This document shows positions 26,050 to 40,600 of a stretch of 64,000 nt of DNA, one piece after another (the first letter of the stretch is position 1; every line of letters begins with the position of its first letter). The position numbers were made by a program, and so were the translations under genes. The notes beneath the pieces are model-generated. The model searched no databases. It worked only from the letters and a program-made list of their open reading frames with translations, and was not told the origin of the DNA. Source of the stretch: Raillietiella orientalis (Eukaryota). Location of the stretch: positions 1,736,001 to 1,800,000 of the forward strand of contig JAYWIR010000035.1 in assembly GCA_036172245.1 (NCBI GenBank), in the 5' to 3' direction.

Positions 26050-28789
26050 CGAGGAGTGCTTAACGCGGTTTCAGAATTCAGAATTCTAAAACAGACACAA
26101 CATCAACATTAGTCAGTGCTACTTCTAGCTTTATTTTAAATCGTTTATAAGCAGTCTCAACAACTTCTAACAAGCTTCTAACAACGGATTTCATCTCACA
26201 TTCCCCTTCCTTCAATGGGGCTACAACGTTTTACACGAAGCTCCGTTAAATGGCAGAACATTCTGTATACCATTTACTCTTTCATCGCAAGGTCATCAGC
26301 ATCTTTAAACGGGCCAGAGAATTTTCTTTCCGTGAATTCTACACAATTTTGCTGCTGACACGTATGCAGAGTTTCGAATGTTCCTTCTGTGAGGATTCGC
26401 AGTTTAGGGACAATCTCTGTGAGTATGACGGGAATGTTTTCCTGCCAAGTAGTTACGTTCTGGGATAGCTGCCCTATTCTTCTATCATCGTGCTTGGGTC
26501 AGTTGCGCGCAGGAAGCGTTCTGGAACACACGCCCTGAGGGGGTGCCTGCTGGTGACGTTCTAACGGTCAAACAAGAGAGAAGTCATTACTCGAAAACCA
26601 CGTCTGCTATCCGCCAGACCGAAAATCGTAGGTGCGAGAAGCACTCCACATCTGTTGGAAAGCGGTCCAGGAGCTCGTAACTTTGCTTTCCACCAAATCT
26701 GTTAAAACGGACTCAGGTCTAATCGGCCGTGCGGAGATTTGGGAAGATGGGAATGAGATCGCTTCTAATGGGGATACTTGTTATTTCAAGACTTGCCATT
26801 CAGAAAACAAAAGCCACAAAATTGCAGTACAAAAGAAAAACCTTACGATAAATTACACGCGATCGTCAGAAAACGAAGCTTTCTCCTTAGCTTAAAGAAC
26901 TATGCGTTTCGAAATATCATTATTTCAACCGTAAATAATAAAGAGGCAGGAGGGAGGCAGTCACTGGAACAACGAATTTTTTCGTGACCACAGTAGTAGT
27001 ACTTCAACGTACTTCAACTACTACTACTTCTGGAAGGGCAAAAAGCTTTTCCTGCATCACTCACTCCTCAAGTACGGAGGTGGTTCCCTCAGCAGTACTT
27101 CGAAACCTCATCGTTCCTGTTTCTCACGTCTGCTGTGGCAAATCAAGTGTTTCGCCACGTCCAACTTTACGGCGAGGTTTCGCTGGGGTTTGGTGAGCGC
27201 ACCACGTTCACTTTCGACGGGGTCACTCCGACCTGCCAAGGAAACGCTGCACGTTGCCGGGGGGTTCCTTCTGTGTCTTCCGCGGAAACGCATTGCAGCG
27301 CAGGCACGGATGCGAAACGTACACTCCCCATTTGCGAAAGGACAGAACGCATTCGCGTTTCCGAAAATTCGAGTGCATGATCATAATAAACGTGTTCACT
27401 TATCATCACGGACGTGCGTTTTCAGAAAGCCACGCTTACACTCCACGCTGCCTTGCGGAGATACGACCCCTCCCACCCCCACCCCATTGAAAACGCCGCT
27501 TACTTCGATCCCGCGACTCCATTTTGGTGATCATCACAAAGAAACCCACTGAAAATTCCCGATACCCGCAGCGAGACATCCTCGGGAGTTTCGCACCTTG
27601 AGATACCTGGGCAATAGGGTGGTTCATTGAAAATGACTCAATCGCAAGAAAAAGAACCCGATTCCGGTAAGCCATAAAGCTACCAATGAGGAATTAGTCG
27701 TCCGCTGGAAAAAATTTCCTCATAACCTCTCCAAGTGTTAACCTGAATCTATTCTATTTTTTCTTTTTTTTTTTGGAAGAATTATTTTTTGAAAGGAATG
27801 AACCTTGAATTGACCGCATAAAAAGCTGATTATCTGCGCTTGAGTGTCTCTCATTACGAGATGCTCTTGTTTGTACTCGGATGCTCCGGGCTATGCGGGA
27901 CTGTAGCAAACCGTGAAGATCTACAATAAAATTCGCATCATAAGCTTTGAATGGACAATTCCTAACCTAAATTGACATAAGTTAAACCAGGGGACCGAAA
28001 CCGGGAGTAACGAAATAACGGAACTGCCCCTGCGATGAGAGAGAGATCAAGTACTGGAATCTGGTGCTGGATTCCTTGAGATTACACTGAGAAGCGCGAA
28101 CAACGCAGCATCCGCTGTCGAAGAGATTCGTGGAAATCAACGCACTTTGTGAATGGAGGGAAAACGATCACATCAAAGATTGCGTGAGCGTGATGTCCCA
28201 ATATTTCGAAATGCTGCCCATTGGAACGTTATGAAAATTCTCTTCCGAGGAGACGGTGCAGGCAGCTGTACGTTCCCATATACTGAAAATCACCTAAATA
28301 CATAACCAGAAAAACTGGAGCGAAGGATCATCACCATACTTTGCACAACCATTTCTGATAGCCACACTTGTGGCTAATTCATAAACGCAAGGCATCATCA
28401 AAGAATCCCACCTGAAGAGACAAAATTTGGACGATTATGGAAACCAAATTTCCCAGACACACCAAAAATGCAGACAATCAGAGTTGCAGCAAGATCCCCG
28501 ATTTCTTAAAAAAGGAAAAAATATATCCAAAGGACAGAAAATATTCGGGATGAATTCGGTGTTTCAAAACGAACTACAACCAGATGCTGAAGACCAATAG
28601 CCATTCTACAAGAACGCAAGAAAAAGAAGAAGAAATGCGACCGAAGTTCCCACTTCCTCTTTCTTCGCAACCAATAAGAGGGAGATGGGAAAATGAGACA
28701 CACATCCGTGCCAGCAATCATACTGTACGTTGACGCTGTCGCTTATTCCGTATCCAGTCAACACACTGACCAGCATGCTCACCCAAAGA

Positions 28790-29300
28790 GATGCTGAAAA
28801 CATTCTCATACATCAGCAAAGCAACCATGCATACTCTAACGGTGAAGAATGGTCTCGGTGACTCGCACACCGCCCGAGGGCACCACCGGTTCGGTTCACC
28901 GAACGAAGAAAATCCTAATGCGTGGATGTACACACTTGTGGACGAAGCTGCAGTCGCAGGTGCAAGGACGGGCATAAGTGGCACTCGACCGAACTCTTCG
29001 CGTGTGCCACGGGAAAAAGTTACACGAAGCATTTTCGCTTGGAAGCACTCGCGTTTTAAAGCAATTACATTTTTACGTCACATTTCATCACGTGGCGATC
29101 AAAACACCCGTTAGAATGGATGGGAAGATTAACGGGCGAAGACACACTCATAACTGGGTTCCCTGTGACGGCGGTCCAGCAACCACCTTCCATGTCGGGT
29201 CGACGCTTCCCCTCATACACGCATGCAACGTGTACGAAAACATCGTACGAAATCGAGGTCTGTTGCTCTAGGATCCATCATCCTTGGGAGCCGGTTTGCA
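28790..29300 (+). mobile_element. AP-endonuclease (APE) remnant of a LINE
   Basis: LGDSHTARGHHRFGSPNEENPNA (~28854) resembles GDFNA..h.WGS...n.nG; a weak SDH-like segment lies near 29275. Confidence 0.35.
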
Positions 29301-32300
29301 AGAGACACCAAGTTCATTGGTATGAAAATCGCATGTTGGTTTTCCCTTACCGTGCCTAAACGAAAGAGGCATCACCGAGTCACTTGAAAAGATTCACTTG
29401 CAAATAATGAATAGTCCGAAATTGAACGGCAATACAAACTGTAAAAGGACTGGATTTCATTGAATTCGAAATATTCGTGGGGGAATTCCCTTTATCTCTC
29501 ACATCTCAGGGTTAATGGTTTGCACATCCAGGTCTTATGACAAATCCCCAAATCTCACAAAATGATTTTACTGTGATGCAGGAACAACTGTTTCTCTATG
29601 CCATTATAATGCACACCTATAAGAGTTGCAATTTTGCACAAGGCTGGTTTTTCTGTTTTGCAAAGTATTAAATGCATTAAGGAGCAGCATGCAAACTGTG
29701 CCAAGAGTTCACTGATCCTAATATATTTTTTTTTAAATGAACATGAATTGAGAAACACACCTCCCTGCAACCCTTCTGGAACCCAACTAGCATTTAAGAC
29801 AATATCACACTCTGACTAAATTTTGAAACTGACATGGGTTTCTGAACTATGACATGTTGCAAACCTAGCAGCCACTGAGAATGAAATTAAAATGAATAAC
29901 AAAAAACCAAGGCTTTCAAACACAACAGAATTGGCTGTCTAAAGAGAAAAGCATGGGGTGTTCTTGAATATCACTGACTCATCAGTGTTTTATCTAAGCA
30001 CCCAATACCATTATGTTTAGCTAAACAGTTTTAAGCACTTGAGATGTACGTTTCAATAAAAATTCTTGAAAGGTGCACATCAGTTCTCTATCATATTACA
30101 AATGGGTAAAGTGCCGACCAGACTTTTGATTCTAGCTGAAAATTATTAATGAAGGGGATAAACCAAAGAATTGGGATCACATATAAGAAGCAATTCAAAA
30201 CATACTTTGATAATGACAGTTGATTGGGTTCAAAAACTCACAAAGTCTAGTTCTGAATACAGGAAAAAACTGCAAATCAACCAACGCCACAATAGCTACA
30301 ATTTTGCCACGATTTCGAGATCACAAAGCAAACATACTGATCAAAGCCTGCAACATAAAAGAAACCCGATACTCAATTTAAGGGAACTCAATTTAAGGTG
30401 TTAAAACTTTGAAAGTTCAAATTTCTCCGGAAATACTTTATCCAGACTAAAATGATATTATACATTTACACAACTATGTTATGCATAAAACTTTATATAC
30501 ATGTTGCCACTAAGGTTATCACAAATATTTTTTGTTTACCAATTAGCATTTAGGGTGGAAAAACGTAGCTGACTAAATTGAGCGGTATTATCAGGGATTT
30601 ATTTTTGTTAAAGTTTATTGATTGAACCAAGTTAAACATATTTTACATGTATTTACTTGTACGTATTTGTATTAATAGTTTTATCAGTCTGAAAAAAAAT
30701 TGGTACCTAGTTTATGGTGTCACGGACAAAAAAAACGGCACATAATAAGAATGTAATAAATTCATCTTATTCTGCACTACAATATAGGGCAAAGATTATG
30801 CACCATACATTTCAGTTGGTTTTGGGAAACAACTCACTTTTTGCTAACAATATTTTATCATAATTCTTGCATGTTCACAACGATAAAACTTTCCTTCCAT
30901 AATACCCTACAAATCCAGCAATTAAGTTATAAATTGATCTAGCTTATAACTCGGACTTGAACTTACTAGGTTTCACTTGTACAAAAACTAACGTTAACTT
31001 TTTGGTCAATACACACCTTTATGCTATTACCTTTCCAGTAAGTAATAATCAAATCACTGTATTTATTCACATGAGCAAGAATTTACCTTTACGAGCACAA
31101 AGACCTTCCCGGACTAGAGCACATATGATATTCAAGGAAAATTCAACGAAGCATTAAAATTGTTTATGGCTGATGCAACTTTTCGTTCGTGTGTCGTTAG
31201 CAAAAGATCAGCAAAAAAGAAAGGGGGGGGAGGGGGTGAAAAAATAAATAAATAAAAAAAGGAGGAGAGAGAAATGTTATTAGGGAACGACTCGGAAATA
31301 TGAATCATTACATTAAAAGAATCCTTACAAAATGTTTACAGACTACGCATGCAATCAGACAGGGAGCCACATGACCCCGAAATTGCAAAAATTTGTGTTC
31401 TTGGCAGTGTTTCGGGAGGTCCATCCAGTAAATCTAACGTTTTTTTTTTTTTTTTTTTTTTTTATTGCCGTAATTCACAAAAGCATTTCAAGCAAATGTA
31501 AATTAATGCACATATTGTTCCATTCTGTGGTTCAAAGGCACCATTCATTATACCATGCGAGTTCTGTATATATTTTTCTATAACATTTCTATAGAAAGGA
31601 TGGAAACAGAACTTCCAACTTCCACAACTTAATGTTATCAGGTTAGCATTTAATTAGTTGTCTTTGTCTGCTGAAGAATATTTAGGTATCAAACTATTTC
31701 TCTTGCATTACTACGTGGTCATTCATGTCGAACTCCTGTTTTCAGTTTTGCAACGAATCGTGACTTGAACTTTTCCTCACTGATTTTCACTTTTCCTCAT
31801 TTGATCTGTTATGGTAAGAAAAATCATCGAGCCATGCAATAGGAAACACAATTTACTCGTGTGAATTCTTATAAAGGAAAAGTATCCTCCAGAGTGCAGT
31901 TTTAGTAAGGCCACTCATCCCGTGACTCCAGTTGGATTTGTTCTCTGGATGCAAAATTTGTTTTGTTTGATCTGTGTTTGACAACAGGGTGGCCAGCCCA
32001 ACAAAACTTGGAGGGAATCTCATGTGTGCTCCTTTGTATCTGTAAACCAAACAACTAGTACAGTCGTGTCCTGGATTTGCCATGATCCAGTAAGTCGGTG
32101 TTGCTGCTGCTAGAATGTTTCATCCAAACATTTCAAGCCTCTTTACGCCAACTGCTGTACTTTGGAATTCTTATGCTCATGAATCGCATGCTTCTTCAGT
32201 AAACTTTGGTAAAATTTTTGAGCAATTGAATTTTGTGCTGTCTTGGAATGTGTTTTGGAAATGATGACCAGCTTTATTCCTTTTTGTCTTTCATCATTCT

Positions 32301-32519
32301 TCACAGTTCTGTTCTCAGCTTTCCACTTTTCTTTGTTTTAATATACTTTGCTATGGTCTTGTGCACCTCAGTATTTAGCATTCTCTGAACATTCATGCTG
32401 GTGTTTAAAGTGTAATTTCTTGATGATTGAGAACGAAGAAAAGAAATGTAGAAAAGCGAACGTCTGCATTTATATTCCATTTACCATATTAACGTTTTAA
32501 TTTGCTAAATAGAATTCAG

Positions 32520-33300
32520 GCTGTTGATCTAAGATTGGAGATCTTCCTACCAGTTTGGGATGGAGGACCACCAGATTGTACTCTAAGACGTCTTCTCGAG
32601 GTACATCATTGCCTTCATTCAAATGATTTTCAAGGTAAGGTGATACCGCAGTTTTCTCATTGAACCCCTAGGTTGGACAACAGAGCTCTACAGTTACTCT
32701 TGATGCGAAAGGGACTGATTTTAGAAGTGGACCTTCAATTGCAGCTTCCAGAAATCAGGAAAACAAACTGCCTTAAATCATTTTCGATGATGTGATCCTA
32801 GAGGAATATGATTATCGAATAACACAATATCATTAGGGACGAGTGAGAGGAACGAGCGGGAAGAATAGTACTCAAGTCATCATTTTAAGACTGGATTAGT
32901 ATGTGCTGTTGTATCGAACATAAAGTCTGATACGAGAGACGATGTGATTGATAGTACTCGGGAATTTCAAGAGCAAAAAGCAAATCAATGAGTCGCAATC
33001 GCATTAGTCCTACTTTTAGTTTCCAGATGTCATGACAATTCATTTAATTCCTATAAAGTGACATTATTCTAAAGAAGGAAAGAATCCCTTTACCTAGTAC
33101 TGCTACTGAGGTGGTAGATTCAAACTCAGTGTCGTATTAGAAACCTCAGAGTCTTGCTTACAAAGGAAAGAGAAACCGGAAATAAAGGCTCCTGACCTAC
33201 GCATAGACTTGTACCGATGTCCAGGTTCATTAAAAGTACAAGTGCTTAATTTTTTATTACAAAACCAACTCTCCCAAAGGTGAAAGTTTGTCTAGAGGAC
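32520..33300 (+). mobile_element. Degenerate non-LTR RT core remnant
   Basis: GDTAVFSL (~32638), then LNH/FDDVIL at 32773-32800 across a frameshift (~HLLYMDDLKL of R4-type RTs). Confidence 0.4.
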
Positions 33301-35299
33301 ATGAACAGCATGACTATTCGTAAGATAGGGAGGCTTCATCCGAAAATTTATTTCGAGAGGTACAGTTCCCTTGTAAAATGATAAGAGAGCAGTCATCATG
33401 GCAAGATGCAAGATGAGGATGCAAATTGTGATGATGAATTCCAACAAGTGGAAACGCTGAATTTCAGGTCCAATGCGAGCGTTGGCTGACACTTGTTCGC
33501 TGACACCGGTACTTCTACGATGGGGAAACACGAAGAAGCACATTTCTGGAAATCCCCTTACTCAGAAAGTATCTGGCTGCCACTAAGCAACTGCCAGAGG
33601 CAAAATCTGTGCTCAGCACCTTAAGGCATCCTTAAGGAAACTCGGAGGAGGAGGCCAAAGTGCACAATGTTTTGCGTGTGCTTAACATTTATTAGAAGTG
33701 AAGCAGTTTTTTTTTTCTTCTTCTTCTTCACAGATTGTCGAAACGTTCCTGAAGAGGCGGTTTGCAAAGTGCCGGGCGCAATGCAGCATTTGAGGATCTT
33801 ACGGGTCTTTCTCCGATGATTCACTTCGATGTTCACAAACATTCAAGAACGAAATCTTTACGGTGCTTTCATCTGCGCGGGTTCTTCAAACAGAACAGAA
33901 GACCAATTTTCTTTAATCTACCAAAAGGGAGAGGAAATTGCGTGCCTTATGCAAAGACCATTTCCGCTCCGGCATGCCTCCCTCTTTCCCCTTCGCCTCC
34001 CCCCCCCTTGCTTCATTAAAGTTTTGTTTCATGAATTTCACCCGACTAATTTTCCTCCCGACGTGCGTTAGCTCCTTCCCTCTGAATTCCAACTCTTTTA
34101 ATTTTGTTTGCCTGTTTTGTTTGCCTCGTCGGTAAGCGGCGCCACCTTCGTCTGCGCTCGCGTCGACGCCGCCGCGCCACGGCTGAAATTCGCTATTTAT
34201 AGCAGCCATAAACACACTTCGTGCGCCACCGCGATTTGGCAGCCATTTTCAAACAGTCTTCTCCCTTCTGACATTTCCTTGAATCGCAAAAATAAATTAT
34301 AACGGAATACAGGCATTAATTCAGTGAGGTTTCGTTTCGTTGGCGAAGATCAATTGCAGTTAACGAATGCAGTAGAAAATCAATGCATTAAAAGTTGCAT
34401 TTCTCTCAACAGTTGTCGGAGTTATTATGTATAACTCAGCATCCATTAATTATATACGCAGCAAAAGGGGAAGGGAACCATAATATTAGTACATATACAT
34501 GCCACAATGGTCTTGCTACCTAATTAAATGAGCCACTTATTTTGCGGGTAATGCCATTAATCGTAATAACTCGGAAACGTGTAATACGTGGTTGATCTCG
34601 TTCCTTTGGAATGAAAGCTGTGAAAATAAAAGATTCGTTCTATTGATCGAAGCCATATTGGGACGAGAACAGAACAGACTTCATTTGCTAAGAATGCTTC
34701 GGTAAAGTCTAGACTTTATAACTCCTGATCTTGCAGGACAATAAGCCTTAGTAGTCTGTAACGCTCTTGCAATTCCAATGTAATTTTCCGCGATGAACTT
34801 CTAACATCCTAAAAGCAGATCAAGAAATGCACAAGACATGCAATTAAAGTACTCATGACTTTTTGCTATCACGCTTAATTTGTCGCGTTTCGATCCCACT
34901 AGGGACTTGCATCATCATGTTTACTAACAGAGCAACAAAGTGATCAAAGTGATCGTGACAGTTTTATCAGGCATCCACATTAAAGTCAATTATATGACAA
35001 GAGCTCGAGAGAATGCTGTCGCCGTCGCTTTTGTAGAGAACGATGCAGTACTCTCAGAGATGGTCAGTCATGGATAATGATCCTTGCGTGCCCCATTATC
35101 GAGGGAGCACGGAGACACTTCGTTCGGTGGAGTCGTTCTCCAGTCGACCAAAATGTGTTCTGAGATGACCTGAAACATCATAAGAGCCTGCAAAGTGCCG
35201 AAGTCGCTCTCAGATAATGTTATGTTGATGGCAATGTATGTGCACATGTCGGCGTGCACATCAGGCTTCCTGTGCCGCAGAGCGCTAAAAGGTGTCGCG

Positions 35300-36550
35300 C
35301 CGCTATTCATCTCTTTCGTGCTTCCTCAACGGTCATGCATCTGGGCAGTTTTCACGGAAACTCACCTAGCAAATTTGAGTGTTTGGAAGATCCCGTCAGA
35401 GCATAATATTCCTGTTGCTACCAGTCACAAACAGCAATTTCCAAGTGATTGCTGTTGGTCGCGTGTTTTTGCTAACGTGACGTAGCTCATATGTCGAGGT
35501 TTTCGCAGAAATTGCAGTGGACTTGTAAGAGCCGAAGGTGTCGGGTATGGCAGCTGTGATACCATGCGCAGGGCGACATTCCCTTCTGGAAAGTACAGGG
35601 TAGGTGACTGCTCGATTACTTAATGCAAAGTCACACATCGTCATCGTCTAAGGTAGCAGCTTCCAAGGCAGACTTACTGGGGCTCCGCTTTCGACTGACT
35701 GCAGGAGACGAGGCGCCTAGCCAACTGCACAAAGCACACATAAAAATGCACGCGAGATCTTTAATTGATAAGATTTCGTGCTGATATTGCAGTGTTTCCA
35801 CAGATCCAGGCTCCAAGCAAATGCTGCAGTTTTTTTTTTTTTTTGGCCGTCGTTTGCTCGAAAATGCTACAATATCGGTGATGTGTCTTACGTACTGTGA
35901 AGACACAGAGAGCATCCCAACATGCTCTCTGTGCTTTTGTCGTCAACTATGCTTTCAGCTCTCCACGCCAGTTTCACAATAAATGTCGCTCACCGTCTTT
36001 ATCAGTTCATATCCTTCGCTTAGAAGGGAAAATCTCCGCATGTGCTAATCACAAGGTTACGAAAGCCTTGACAGACTGCTTAAAATCTTTAGTTGGTCGT
36101 TTTCCCTTATCTAGTAGTTCAAAAAAAAAATAAATAAATAAATCGTTCGTTCCTATCCTCGAGGGTAAAGTTCGCAGCGAGATTTGGAAAGTCGGCTGGA
36201 ATTAGTTCCTGAAATCATATTCTCGGGTCTTCTTCACCAGAGGTGAAATATGGTTACCATCCTTCGTCAGATCCCTTCCATGACTAGGCTGAACACTCTG
36301 CAGTGGTTTAGGCAGAATCTTTTTTTTTTGAGAGCTTTGACATCCACCCTACGTAATCAAGTACTGTTACAGATCGGAGAAATCGGTTTTCACACAAAAG
36401 AATTCGCTCTAATTTCAACGTTCATTATCATAATCTATGGCTTGCAAAACTTCAACGATTTGGATCATTCTCGAATCAAGGAAAGGAGCAAATGAAAGCT
36501 GTCTATGGTTTTAATAAGTCGAGTATCCTCTCATGTCAGCATCATCAACG
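35300..36550 (-). mobile_element. Degenerate non-LTR RT remnant
   Basis: Minus strand, in RT order: FCLNHCRVF (~36310), VKAFVTL (36052-36072; ~KAFD), GASSPAV (~35710), LDDDDV (35634-35651; ~YADD). Confidence 0.5.
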
Positions 36551-37699
36551 GAGAAAAAGTTCCTTTCTTAAGTCTTCGCTCGTTCTTAAATTTTGAAAGT
36601 ATTCGTCGCAAAGCTTAATGGATGGAGTGGATTATGAAAAGCTGCGGATTGGGCTCACTTTCTTTTCGCCATTTCGTTCTGGAAATGACCCACTCTCAGG
36701 TAAATGTCCAATTCCCCATGCTTTGAAAATATCCCAAGTTCCTCCCTTTCCCGGTAAGGCCTGGGGTGTCTTTTCTCTTGCGTGCCACACTGAAACTCAA
36801 TAATAGCGCGAGATCTTCCCCGCTTCTGTCAGCTCCACCTGATTTTCCACCCCTTTCTGTCCGACCGACTCTGCTGGACGTCTCGCTCCCAGTTTCACCT
36901 CAGAGTTTCGACCTGACGGCATCCCGAACATTTTCGGCAGCTCCCGAAACTGTTCGGGATAGCACGCTCACGGGCTGCATCTCTGAGCCCTCTTTCTAGC
37001 GGGTTCACAGCCACCTGGTCCTTGACCCCGCTCCCCGATGGACGTCGCGAGGTTCTCGAGCCTATTAAGCACCCACGAATTGGATCTTACTGCCCTCCCA
37101 GGAATGATTTCCTCCTAGAAACAGTCTGCTGTAGGCAAGGATTCTGCTGTTTCTCGCTGCCGTGGGGAACTGCACGTATCGCCCCTACAGACTTGACTTT
37201 CCAAGTTTGAGCGAGCCAAAGCCCAAATTCGACTTCTTTGATTCCTCGAGTTCTTCTAAAATGGATTCGAGTCACCTACGTCTACCTTTCAGCTCAAGAG
37301 AACTCCTTACCTCTTATCGATTTCCCACCGCTAGGAGGCAAGGAATCCTCTCCTTTTTTCTTCCTCCTCCTTCGCGCGTGCGACGCCATCTGACGATGAC
37401 TCCCGTTCTCTATGAGCGCCAGAAGCTGCAATGAGCCCGCAGCTCATCGCTGCGATGCGATGCCTCAAAAGAAAGTTATTAAGTTCATAAAATTATCCAT
37501 AAAAAACCACGGTAATTTGAATTCCAAAAACAAGGAAATTTCATTTGCTTTCATTCAGTGCTTCATTTTATTAATGAACAGCACGCGCACATATGCACAC
37601 ACATATAAATTTACATTTGAATTTTAAGCAATTCAATCTCTATTTCTTTTTTTTTTTTTTAATGATAGAGTTACCCAGAAAATTTGTTTTAGAATATGT

Positions 37700-40600
37700 T
37701 TTGATACTTTCATTGAATCTTTCAACATTGAATTCAGTTGCGACGTCTCCAGAGAAACCTCCTGCTACCACAAAGAAATGCTCCAGAACGAGGAAGCTCG
37801 AAGAACTCGAAAGTGGACCTTAGTGCATCTGTGCCTACCTTCCCTCCAGATCTCCAGAGTTCAAGCTCTTACCGTAACGGAAGGAGTCCTTTTGGCTCAC
37901 GATCCGAAGCTGGTGCCAACCGAGCAGCGGCGTGGTAGGGTTGGGGAGTTTTCTCGAGAGAGCAAGGCACGTGTACAAGGACAGACATAGTAAGGACTCC
38001 CGTGTCCTCATTTCTCTGAAGACCGCTCTAACTCACAGCTTGCGATGACACCATGGGGTCGCCTCCCGAAGGATATTTCATCGGTCCCCGGATGAAATAT
38101 CCTTCTTCACGTGGAAACGACCGGAACGTCGTTTCCGTGGAAAATGCGTCTGCCGGGGGATTCTGGGTGTTGATTATAAAGAGTCGGCGTGTGAGGAGAC
38201 GCGACCCGGTGTATTTCCAGCATCAATTTCTCTCTGATCCGAGCGTCACCCCACACGGAGACCTGTGGAAGCTCTCGAGCGGCCGACGATTCCGATCAGA
38301 ATTTGCCGGATTCCATTTCTTGGAGCTCTGAAAAAGAAACGGGGACGGATGCTTTACGAGTGGGGGTCCACCAAACATGAATCAAATCATCTCTCTTTCT
38401 TCGCTCCAGAGCTACGAGCCGTGAGGAGGGGGAGTGCGCTACCGCAAGCTGGTGAAACTGGACATGAGGGGGAAGAGCTGACGGCAGGAGCAGTGCAAGT
38501 GCTGAAGCTTGGTAGGGGGCGTGGACAGCCAGTTGCAAGGAGGCGATACCAAGGATTTGAAAAGGTAGTACCTCCTCCATCTGGAACCAGAGGGACCAAC
38601 TCCATGTTTCAAAGTTCCGGGCGAATCACACATGTCTTTGGAGCTCAGTCAAGCACAAGCCCTCAGGCCGGAAAGAGAGTGGAAGCAAAGCTTCGGTCAG
38701 CCCAGCAGGCAGCTGAGCAAAGCGAGATTTCAGGTGACATCTGCAGACGACAGTGGGTCGGGATTGGAGACCCACGGACGTATACTGGGCTCCTGAATTC
38801 GGAAATGGAAAAGATGCCTAGGAAAACAAGAGCCAGGTTAACTGCCTGAAGAGTCCAAAGCTGGCCCGGGTCTTGTCTGGGTTCTGACTCACTCCAAAGA
38901 AGCGGTGATCTACGAGAAATTCAAGACCATCAACCTATCAAGCAGAGGAAAACGAGCGTGGAGATCACTTTCAAAGTTTGGAATGGAAGATGGGAAAACT
39001 CCTCTCTGTGCACTGCCAGTGCACCACAAGCTCATGGGTTTGGTACAGAAGGCAACCTGATGCGTGCAGATGCAACAACAAGTAGGTTAACATGATATCT
39101 AAAGTTGCAATTGATCATTCTTTCATTGGTAGTAATTAAAGCAACAGTCTTTGATGAATAATATCTGATGGCAAGCAGGAAGAAATTGTTAAATAGTTCG
39201 TCGTCTTAAATCTAATCGAAAACACCAGGAACTCTAGGAACAGACATAAAAATCAAGAGCGGAAGAGCATTTCTGGAAAAATCACGCGTAAAATGCAGGT
39301 GGGAACTGCCTACCTGGTGTCCTCGATCTGCGTCCGGAAGGTCTCATCCGTCTCCATTGCTCTCGCCCGCTGTGCTGATCTGTGATCGTGTTGATGGTGA
39401 CAAAAAACACCACGGCTGTCACGCATTCTGCCCACTTCTGCATCCAGGAAGTGAACGCATCCGCATAAATCTCCATCCGGAAGCGAGATTCGGATTTCGG
39501 AAGCTAGAAATCTGTCGGTCCATGTCCGTCCATCTGAATATGTGGGTCAAAATTGATTGGTTCATCTCTGTGCTGATTATATTGGCTGCCGTGTGACTGC
39601 ACAAAGAATAACAAAAAAACAAAATGAAAGGAAGTCCACTTTTATAATAAAAGATGGGCAATCAACCACTAAGCAAGATGCATCTGTGCAGATCCACGAA
39701 TTTGTATTCAAGAAAAGAAAACTGTAGGAGCACTTCGCGCCCAGGCTACCTGCAAAGGTGTGTTCGAAAGAAGGCTCGGGATAAAAATTAAGGAAAGAGT
39801 ACCCAGAGATGTTTTAAAAAAGGGCATGCAAATGAACAAGTGGAGAGTCACTACAAGATGTTTCTGACAGAGGAAGACTACTACTCCAGTGGCCAGCTTG
39901 TCACGATGGATGGTCTTCCTTTTGGAGTCATTCTTGATGCCTTTGTTGCACGTTTCTTCTCAAGAGTATGCAATGACTAGAACTGTTGAAGATGAAGCAA
40001 ACGACCTCTCATGAGAATGTTTGTTTTATCTCTCATCAGGGAACACGTGCTTGTTTTCTTGTGGAAACGAAGAGAGATGCTACCGGTGTTGTTTAATAAC
40101 GCATGGACAAGGAGATCTCCAAACATGGAGATCTATTGTGCTGTTTCCTGGGAAGAATAAAGTTGCTGATGGAGTGCTGCAATTACTTAGGGAAGTCAGT
40201 GGTGTAGACGTTTCCACGTACGCCATCCAAAGCAGTTGCTAAGTTACAACCAGAGCAGAAGCAGTCGAAAACTGCAGTCACAGGCGTGGCGCCAAATGCG
40301 ACAGCTATGGGAACCTGAGGCAGGAAAAGCTGCGTCATATTCTCCCATCAGGAATCTCTGCGTGCAAAAGCTAAATATTTCAGGGACGTGACTCTTAGTC
40401 CATTTCAAGAAACGAGTTGTCAACTCGTAGAAGTCGGAACTGAAGATGGCACCTTGCTGTGTGTCCTACAAAGTGCTCCTTAAGCCGGAACGATTCTCAC
40501 CGACTTTTTTCCCTTCATGCGCCACCATCAAGAGATCGGCGTGTTTGTGCTCAGAGACCCAAGAACTTGCTGTTTCCTAATGGAAGAGGAAATCGGAAGG

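Noticed and set aside
31850..32400. Possible Tc1/mariner transposase remnant on the minus strand
   Set aside because: Only vague resemblance; no clear DDE motifs or terminal inverted repeats seen.
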